DNA from: Chloroflexota bacterium
GTDB lineage: Bacteria > Chloroflexota > Limnocylindria > Limnocylindrales > CSP1-4
Reading direction: 5' to 3'
NCBI GenBank assembly: GCA_003158495.1
Contig: PMJT01000242.1
Location: forward strand, 2,243 to 42,727
DNA length: 40,485 bases
Below are positions 34,371 to 40,485 of the stretch, piece by piece. Under the pieces are notes generated by a model. That model was not told the origin of the DNA, did no database searches, and saw only the letters and a list, made by a program, of their open reading frames with translations. Position 1 is the stretch's first letter. Every line of letters begins with the position of its first letter. Both the position numbers and the translations under genes were made by a program.

Positions 34371-35576
34371 CTAGGTGGTGACGATGGCGGTCGTGGCCGA
34401 GACCTGATCGCCCGCCGGAGAAGTCAGAAGCACGCTGGCGTTGCCGTTGCCCACCGACGCACCCGAGATCGTCGCTTGCCACGTCGCCGTCCCGGTGGCG
34501 TCCGTCGTGAGCTCGGGTGAGACGATCGGGGCGAGGCCCTCGATCGCGACCGTGAACGTGGCCTTGGCGTTGGCGAGGGGCCCGCCGTTGAGCGAAGTCG
34601 CCCGGAGCGTGATCTTGATCGTGGTCTGCTTCGAAGCGGCGAATTTGCTCGGCGAAACCGACAGGTGAGCGGCCAGCTGGCCGTAGTCCCGGTTGACGGT
34701 CAGGCTGGTCGAAGCGGAATTCCCGGCCAGGTCCGTGGCCGACAAGTCGATCGTGTTCGGGCCGGCGACGACCGGGACGGTTAGCTTGAACTTGCCGTCG
34801 GCGCCCACGACCTGATTGCTGACCGCTCCGCCGAGGACCTCCTCGCTGCGGATCGTTATGGTGGCCCCGGCGTCCACCGTGCCGGTGACGTTCAGAGTCG
34901 AGGTCGACACCTTGGCCCCGGATGCCGGGGACGAGACAACGATCTTTGGCGGCGACGTCTTCAGGATGTAGGTCACGATCGGAGACGGCTGGCCTTCGCT
35001 GCCCGAGGTGACGAGCGTCGCCACGAAGGAGTTGCTGCCCACCTTCAGGGTCAAGGCCGGAGTTCCGAACCGGGTCGTTCCACCCACGACGACGTTGGCG
35101 ACCACGGCTCGATCCCCGGTCTTGCCAAGCAGGTAGACCCGCACCGTGTAGCCGGTCTTGCCGACCGTGGCGGTCGGCACCGTTCCCGCGAGCACGACCG
35201 TGGCCTGGTTCGTGTAGCCGCCGGCATCCGGAGTGTCCAGCGTAGGCGTCTCCAGCGCCACGCCCGAAGGCGGCACGGTCGCCGGAGCTTGCGACGTGAG
35301 GTGGCTCACGGCGTTGCCGAAGGCCGATCCGATGCCGCCGATGAAGCTCGTCGCCAGGCCCGTTCCGACGACCAGCGTGAGCAGCCCGAGCATGCAGATC
35401 GCGGCCACGATCACTATCGCCACGGGGCCTGGGATCTGCGGTCCGGTGCGGATGGGACGGTAGCGGCGGATGAGGTCCGACGGCGGGGCGGAGGCCCGAA
35501 TCGTTCGTCCCGGCAGCCGGTCGCTCGATGGCGGCCGGGGCCGTACGTGTGCGGCTCGTCGTTCTCGCATCGGCAT
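34371..35576 (-). CDS. signal-anchored surface protein with tandem Ig-like (Big-type) beta-sandwich domains
   Basis: A basic N-terminus precedes a TM helix ('VAIVIVAAICMLGLLTLVVGTGL'). Thr/Val/Ser-rich beta-strand repeats follow ('TVVLAGTVPTATVGKTGYTVRVYL', 'LNVTGTVDAGATITIRS', 'GKFKLTVPVVAGPNTIDLSATDLAGNSAS'), typical of bacterial Ig-like domains. Confidence 0.65.
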   Translation of the reverse strand: MPMRERRAAHVRPRPPSSDRLPGRTIRASAPPSDLIRRYRPIRTGPQIPGPVAIVIVAAICMLGLLTLVVGTGLATSFIGGIGSAFGNAVSHLTSQAPATVPPSGVALETPTLDTPDAGGYTNQATVVLAGTVPTATVGKTGYTVRVYLLGKTGDRAVVANVVVGGTTRFGTPALTLKVGSNSFVATLVTSGSEGQPSPIVTYILKTSPPKIVVSSPASGAKVSTSTLNVTGTVDAGATITIRSEEVLGGAVSNQVVGADGKFKLTVPVVAGPNTIDLSATDLAGNSASTSLTVNRDYGQLAAHLSVSPSKFAASKQTTIKITLRATSLNGGPLANAKATFTVAIEGLAPIVSPELTTDATGTATWQATISGASVGNGNASVLLTSPAGDQVSATTAIVTT

Positions 35577-35942
35577 GCGGATATTGTCGCATCACTGGGC
35601 CAGGGAACTCGCCGGAAAGACTCTTGCCCCCCGAAAGTGCGCCGACTCCTCGTTGGTAGGGTCTGCTCGCGGCAAGCGCGCCAGCCGTGCGCGCCTCGGG
35701 CGGATGGATGTACTCTGCTGTAGAGAGCGGCCGTCCAGGTGCGTTCGCTCAGGTTCGAGGCGACAGTGCAGGCACGCGATCCAAGGCCAGATCGGCCCCG
35801 CAACCCGGACGATGTGTCGACCGGGAACCGGGTCGCGCCCCCGAACCGATTCGGCCCCGGCGTCGGGTTCAGACCCGGCCCGCGCCCCTCATCGCCGCAC
35901 CCGAGCGGTCGAGTCGACACGCGCACTGTCCCCCGGTTCCCG

Positions 35943-36245
35943 ATGACCCATAGTGACCCGGGCACCCCGAGCCGCTACCCGACGATGCCCATGACGCGCC
36001 GTGGTTTCGGCCTGCCGAACCTCCGCCGCAACGTCTGCCCGCACTTCTACATGACCGGCAGTCGCGGGGCCATCCCGATCCAGGCGCCGCACCTGCTCAA
36101 GGCTCTTATCCGCCAGGATCAGAACGTCTCTCGCTGCCAGCTCCGCGGCGGCGTGCATCTCGAGCAGGGCTATGTCAACGACGTCTGCCTAACACCCCGG
36201 TTCAACCAGTGCGTCTTCTATGAAGACGACCTGTCGAAGGATTGA
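35943..36245 (+). CDS. small Cys-containing hypothetical protein, translationally coupled to folC
   Basis: ATG at 35943 lies in the frame of ORF 35739..36245. '...NVCPHFYMTGSRGAIPIQAPHLLKALIRQDQNVSRCQLRGGVHLEQGYVNDVCLTPRFNQCVFYEDD'. Its TGA (36243-36245) overlaps the folC TTG (36242-36244). Confidence 0.45.
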   Translation: MTHSDPGTPSRYPTMPMTRRGFGLPNLRRNVCPHFYMTGSRGAIPIQAPHLLKALIRQDQNVSRCQLRGGVHLEQGYVNDVCLTPRFNQCVFYEDDLSKD

Positions 36246-37594
36246 CGCCGAACCGGCTCGCCTACGCCGAGGCGCTCTCCGCGCTTGAATCGCGCGGTCG
36301 ATTCGGCATACGCCTCGGACTGTCGAGGACGCGCGCGCTCCTGGCCGGTCTCGGCAATCCAGAGCGCGACTTCCGTGGCGTTCTGATCACGGGAACCAAC
36401 GGCAAGGGCAGCGTCCACGCGCTGGTCGCTTCCGCCCTCACCGCGGCCGGTTGCCGGGTTGGCCAGACGCCGAAGCCACACCTCGTCACCTATCGGGAGC
36501 GGCTACAGATCGGCGGCGTCCCGGTAGACCCGGAGACCTTCGCCCGGCTCACCGGAGAGGTACTGTCCATCTCGGACCGCGTTGCCCGCCGGCACGGCGA
36601 CCCAACCGAGTTCGAGCTGCTGACTGCGATCACGTTCCTGTGGTTTGCCGAATCCGACATCGATCTGGCGGTGGTCGAGGTCGGGCTGGGCGGGCGGCTG
36701 GATGCCACTCACGCGTGGGACGGGGGAGTGGCCGCCGTCACGAACGTGAGCCTGGACCACATGGACCGGCTCGGCGACACGGTCGACGCGATCGCCAGGG
36801 AAAAGGCCGCGATCATCATGCGCGGCGACCTGGCCGTAACCGGGGCAACCGGCTCGCCGCTCGAGATCATCCGGCGGCGTGCCCGCGGAGTGGCCGCTCC
36901 CCTGACCGTGGTCGAGCCGGCGCCTATTCTGGCAGTGGACCGCAACGGCGTCGAAGTCGACCTGGGACTGCTGGGGCCGGTACGGATCGGGCTGCGCGGC
37001 CGCCACCAGGCCGCCAACGCAGCCGTGGCCGATGCGATCGTGGATGCGTTCGGGGCGGCCGGCATCGCCACGGTCCCCGACGCGGCCCGCCGGGCCGGCT
37101 ATGCCTCCGTTCAGTGGCCGGGCCGCCTGGAGCTGGTCGAGACAGGCGGCCGCGAGGTCCTCCTGGACGGAGCCCACAACCCTGCCGGGGCGGCCACGCT
37201 GGCGAGTGCGCTCGACGAGTTGGGGCCGCTCCTGCGACCCGGCCAGGCCACGCTCGTCCTGGCGATCATGGCCGACAAGGATGTCGACGGCGTCATCGCC
37301 GCCCTCGCGGCCTCGGCGTTCCTGCGCAAAGCCCGGGTCATCTGTACCGCCCCGTCCGGCGGCCGGGCCCTGCCGGCCGACCGGCTCGCGTCCCGCTGGA
37401 GTGCCCTCGCCGGTCGGCCGGCCGAGGCGATCGCCGAACCGGCCGCCGCCCTGGACGCGGCGCTCGCCACGGGGGACGGACCGGTCGTTCTGGCCGGGTC
37501 GCTGTATCTCGTGGGAGCGGCGCGAGCCATACTCGTCTCGGATCCGCTGCTCATCCCCGACCCGCCGATCCCGCACCTGGAGACCGTGCCGTGA
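36242..37594 (+). CDS. folC: bifunctional folylpolyglutamate synthase / dihydrofolate synthase
   Basis: 'ITGTNGKGS' is a P-loop of the Mur-ligase type. 'VVEVGLGGRLDATH' and 'LLDGAHNPAGA' follow. The protein is 450 aa. Confidence 0.9.
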   Translation: MTPNRLAYAEALSALESRGRFGIRLGLSRTRALLAGLGNPERDFRGVLITGTNGKGSVHALVASALTAAGCRVGQTPKPHLVTYRERLQIGGVPVDPETFARLTGEVLSISDRVARRHGDPTEFELLTAITFLWFAESDIDLAVVEVGLGGRLDATHAWDGGVAAVTNVSLDHMDRLGDTVDAIAREKAAIIMRGDLAVTGATGSPLEIIRRRARGVAAPLTVVEPAPILAVDRNGVEVDLGLLGPVRIGLRGRHQAANAAVADAIVDAFGAAGIATVPDAARRAGYASVQWPGRLELVETGGREVLLDGAHNPAGAATLASALDELGPLLRPGQATLVLAIMADKDVDGVIAALAASAFLRKARVICTAPSGGRALPADRLASRWSALAGRPAEAIAEPAAALDAALATGDGPVVLAGSLYLVGAARAILVSDPLLIPDPPIPHLETVP

Positions 37595-38529
37595 CCCCGG
37601 CCGAGCCCGCCGCGCGCGCACCCGGCGCCGCCGAACCCGGCGCCGCCGAATTCCGCGCCGCCGCGCGGTCGACGCCGCCGCCGACGCGCATCGGCCCGCG
37701 GGTGTTCGAGTGGGGGACTCGAACGTTTGTGATGGGCATCGTCAACATGACTCCGGACTCGTTCTCGGGCGATGGGCTCCTGGCGACTGTCGCGGACGCA
37801 CGAGGCGCGGCCGTGGAAGCGGCCGTGATCCAGGCGCGGCGCATGGTCGAAGAAGGGGCCGACATCCTGGACGTGGGCGGCGAGTCCACTCGCCCGGGCC
37901 ATGACACGGTGCCGGCGGACGAGGAGGCGACGCGCGTCTTGCCCGTCATCGCCGCGATCCATGCCGCCCTGCCGGACGTGCCGATCAGCGTGGACAGCGC
38001 CAAGCCGTCCGTCGCGGACGCGGCCATCGGCGCGGGTGCGTCGCTGATCAACGACGTCTGGGGCACCTCCACCGATGACGCCATGGCCCGCGTCGCCGCC
38101 GCCCTCGGCGTGCCGATGGTGGTGATGCACAACCGGGTCGAGCCGCTTTACGAGGACTTCGCGGCCGAACTGATCGCCGATCTGCGCGCGGCGCTGGACC
38201 GGGCAGTGGCGGCGGGCATGCCGCTCGAGAACCTCATCGTCGATCCGGGCTTCGGCTTCGGCAAGGCGGCCGAACACAACCTTGCTGCCATGCGCGAGCT
38301 GCCGGCCCTGCGGAGGCTTGGGAGGCCGGTTCTGCTCGGTACCTCGCGCAAGTCCACGCTGGGTCGCGTGCTCGGTGGCCTGCCGGTCGAGGAACGGCTC
38401 GAGGCCACGCTGGCCACGACGGCGCTGGCGATTGCCGGCGGCGTCGACATCGTCCGCGTCCACGACGTTCGGGCCAACGTTCGGGCTGCGCTCGTTGCCG
38501 ACGCCATCTGCCGTGGGGAGGACCGATGA
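37591..38529 (+). CDS. folP: dihydropteroate synthase
   Basis: GTG at 37591 overlaps the folC stop (GTGA). Motifs: 'VMGIVNMTPDSFSGDG', 'GADILDVGGESTRPG', 'SVDSAKP', 'INDVWG', 'DPGFGFGK', 'GTSRKS', 'VRVHDV'. Confidence 0.9.
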   Translation: MTPAEPAARAPGAAEPGAAEFRAAARSTPPPTRIGPRVFEWGTRTFVMGIVNMTPDSFSGDGLLATVADARGAAVEAAVIQARRMVEEGADILDVGGESTRPGHDTVPADEEATRVLPVIAAIHAALPDVPISVDSAKPSVADAAIGAGASLINDVWGTSTDDAMARVAAALGVPMVVMHNRVEPLYEDFAAELIADLRAALDRAVAAGMPLENLIVDPGFGFGKAAEHNLAAMRELPALRRLGRPVLLGTSRKSTLGRVLGGLPVEERLEATLATTALAIAGGVDIVRVHDVRANVRAALVADAICRGEDR

Positions 38530-38903
38530 CCGATCACGTGGCGCTTCTGAACATGCGTTTCGAGGGAAAGCACGGCGTGCTCGAGTTCGAGCAGACGACG
38601 GCCCAGCCGTTCGAGGTCGATGCCGAGCTCTACCTCGATCTCGGGCCCGCGGGCCGCTCCGACGACATCGAACTCACCATCGACTACCGGGAGGTCTTCC
38701 GGATCTGCCGCGAAGTCGTCGAAGGGCCAAGCTTCCGGCTGATCGAGGCCGTGGCCGAGACGATCGCCGGCCGCATCCTCGCCGAACTTCGGGCTGCGCC
38801 GATCTCCGAAGTCGTTGTCCGGGTCCGCAAGCCGCGCGTGGCCCTGCCGGGTTCCATCGATGCGGCGATGGTCGAGATCAGGCGCCGTCCCGCAGATTCC
38901 TGA
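38526..38903 (+). CDS. folB: dihydroneopterin aldolase
   Basis: The ATGA overlaps the folP stop. The protein is 125 aa. 'FEGKHGVLEFEQTTAQPFEVD', 'TIDYREV' and 'LIEAVAETIA' are typical of FolB. Confidence 0.88.
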   Translation: MTDHVALLNMRFEGKHGVLEFEQTTAQPFEVDAELYLDLGPAGRSDDIELTIDYREVFRICREVVEGPSFRLIEAVAETIAGRILAELRAAPISEVVVRVRKPRVALPGSIDAAMVEIRRRPADS

Positions 38904-38914
38904 ACCCGCCTTCT

Positions 38915-40216
38915 CTAGCTGGTCCCGTCCGGTCGGGTGCCGAGGGTTACTTGTAGCGTCAGATAGGAGCCCGCCCGGTAGATCCGGACGCTCACAGGCC
39001 GGCCGGGGGCGTATTGGACCAGCACGTCCTGGAGCGGATGGGCCTGGTCGATCGCCTGGTCTTCCACCATCGTGATGATGTCGCCGGTCTTGATGCCGGC
39101 CTTCTCGCCGGCGCTGCCGGGCACGACCGCTTCGACCGAGTTGCCCGATGCGTCCTCGGCATGCACCCAGGCGCCCTGGTCCAGGGGCAGCTTGTACTGA
39201 TCCTTCATGCCTCGATCGATCGTCTCGTAGGCGACGCCGATGAACGGCCGCGACAGCTTCTCGCCGGCGAGGGCCTGCTGCATGATCGGCTTGGCGATGT
39301 CGATCGGGATGGCGAAGCCGATCCCCTGGGCAGTCGAAGCCTCGGCCGTGGTGACGCCCACCACGTGGCCCGTCGCGTCGATCAGCGGCCCGCCGCTGTT
39401 GCCGGGGTTGATCGCGGCGTCCGTCTGGATCAGGCCGTGGAGGTTCGTCGGAGCGTTTGCGGCGACGGTGGCCGTTACCGAGATATCTCGCCCGAGCGCT
39501 GAGACGATGCCGGTGGTCACGCTGTTCGGGTACGGCAGGCCGAGCGGGCTGCCGATGGCGATCGCGAGCTGGCCGACCTGCATCTTTGCCGAGTCCCCGA
39601 TCGGCGCGATGGTCAGGTCCGCCACGGGGTTGACCTTGACGATTGCGAGGTCCGTCAGCGTGTCGAGGCCGTAGGTTGTGCCGGCCAGGCGGCGGTCGTC
39701 GCTGAGGCGGACCGTGATGGTCTTGGCCGCCTCCACGACGTGGCGGTTGGTCAGGATCCAGCCGCGGGCGTCGTAGATGATCCCCGAGCCGACGCTCGAG
39801 TTGCCCGTGGCGTCGAAGGTCACGATCTGGACAACCGCCGGCCCAACCCGGCTGACGGCCGCAATGATGCTGTCGGCGTTCGACTCGATCGTGAGCCTGG
39901 GGCCGGTCGCCGCCGGCACCGGAGTCGCCGGGTCGAGGGCGCCGGAGATGCGCAGGGCGGCGTAGGTTCCACCCGCGCCGATTACCGCCGCGGCCAGCGA
40001 GGTCGCGAGCAGCGCGGCGATGACCCCGCGGCCGTAGCCCCGGCCGGAACCGGCTGGAGCGTCATCCTGCCCGCCGGCACTCGGTTCGAACCAGCGCTCT
40101 GGCGTGGCCTGGTCGGCGTCTCCGGGAACCACCCGGCGCAAGACCGCCTTCCGAGAGTGGCGCTCGTCGGGAAGGGGCTCGAAACGCTGTATGTCTGGGT
40201 AGTTCGGGTCCGACAT
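38915..40216 (-). CDS. HtrA/DegP-type trypsin-like serine protease with a C-terminal PDZ domain
   Basis: The catalytic triad context is 'TNRHVV', 'TDLAIVKV', 'GNSGGPL'. The PDZ domain is 'VVPGSAGEKAGIKTGDIITMVEDQAI'. There is an N-terminal TM helix ('VIAALLATSLAAAVIGAGG'). The start is uncertain: ATG at 40216, 40288 or 40384. Confidence 0.85.
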   Translation of the reverse strand: MSDPNYPDIQRFEPLPDERHSRKAVLRRVVPGDADQATPERWFEPSAGGQDDAPAGSGRGYGRGVIAALLATSLAAAVIGAGGTYAALRISGALDPATPVPAATGPRLTIESNADSIIAAVSRVGPAVVQIVTFDATGNSSVGSGIIYDARGWILTNRHVVEAAKTITVRLSDDRRLAGTTYGLDTLTDLAIVKVNPVADLTIAPIGDSAKMQVGQLAIAIGSPLGLPYPNSVTTGIVSALGRDISVTATVAANAPTNLHGLIQTDAAINPGNSGGPLIDATGHVVGVTTAEASTAQGIGFAIPIDIAKPIMQQALAGEKLSRPFIGVAYETIDRGMKDQYKLPLDQGAWVHAEDASGNSVEAVVPGSAGEKAGIKTGDIITMVEDQAIDQAHPLQDVLVQYAPGRPVSVRIYRAGSYLTLQVTLGTRPDGTS

Positions 40217-40435
40217 CTGGTTTGGGCGATCCGGAGTAGGAAGAATGGCCGGCCGCGAAATGCTAGGCACAAAGCTCGATTCGCGCATGGCATCAAAAAG
40301 AAGGCACCTGCCCCCGCGACGATCTCGAAGCTTGTGCCGGACGGCGTTCACGTACCAGAGGGCGGACGGTGAAGATTCCGCCACCGAACCGGAAGGCCAC
40401 GGACCCGGCCGGATCAGCTCTCCGGGGAGCGGCCC

Positions 40436-40485
40436 GGCGCGGCGGTGGGCGAAGAGGGTCTGGGCGCGGCGGTGGGCGAAGAGGG
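40436..40485. repeat. direct repeat of a 23-nt unit at the window edge
   Basis: GGCGCGGCGGTGGGCGAAGAGGG occurs at 40436-40458 and again at 40463-40485, separated by 4 nt. The feature is truncated by the window end. Confidence 0.6.

Noticed and set aside
35588-35650. A ZTP (pfl)-like string, 'ATCACTGGGCCAGGGAACTCGCCGGAAAG', upstream of the folate block.
   Set aside because: The similarity is loose and I found no matching 3' CCGCCTGGGC-type pseudoknot partner. It lies about 300 nt from the first plus-strand ORF and directly abuts the minus-strand gene start.

Overview
This is a high-GC bacterial chromosomal segment. It is almost certainly actinobacterial, because it encodes the mycothiol ligase MshC. 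A hand count in mshC gives about 72% G+C. I can support about 40 genes, and most concern the cell envelope or signalling.

Gene content, in window order:
- A GH13 gene end and tRNA-Glu(UUC).
- A membrane EAL c-di-GMP phosphodiesterase.
- A surface-polysaccharide locus: CelD-like acyltransferase, Wzx-like flippase, three GT2 genes or fragments, and an RgpF-like transferase.
- A BNR/Asp-box lipoprotein and a DoxX protein.
- A Zn-ribbon/Kelch propeller protein divergent from a PAS hybrid histidine kinase.
- A DUF5666 repeat protein and GalU.
- A PASTA Ser/Thr kinase homologue with degenerate catalytic motifs.
- A translationally coupled folC-folP-folB block and an HtrA-type protease.

The most unusual region is a visibly lower-GC islet immediately 3' of tRNA-Glu (about 2.2-4.9 kb). 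It holds the tail of a serine-recombinase gene and a minus-strand operon headed by a DUF3494-type ice-binding protein, followed by unknown Trp/Cys-rich ORFs.

Several decay or rearrangement scars are visible:
- a frameshifted, truncated GT2 5' fragment;
- a pirin C-terminal fragment;
- possibly split ORFs at about 3.2 kb and about 22.3 kb.

Other unexplained sequence:
- a phased GTGAAAY repeat array in a convergent intergenic spacer;
- two unassigned gaps of 0.5-0.75 kb.

I found no rRNA, no CRISPR array, no intact transposase or integrase, and no recognisable defence system. All family assignments come from motif recognition by eye and need HMM or BLAST confirmation.
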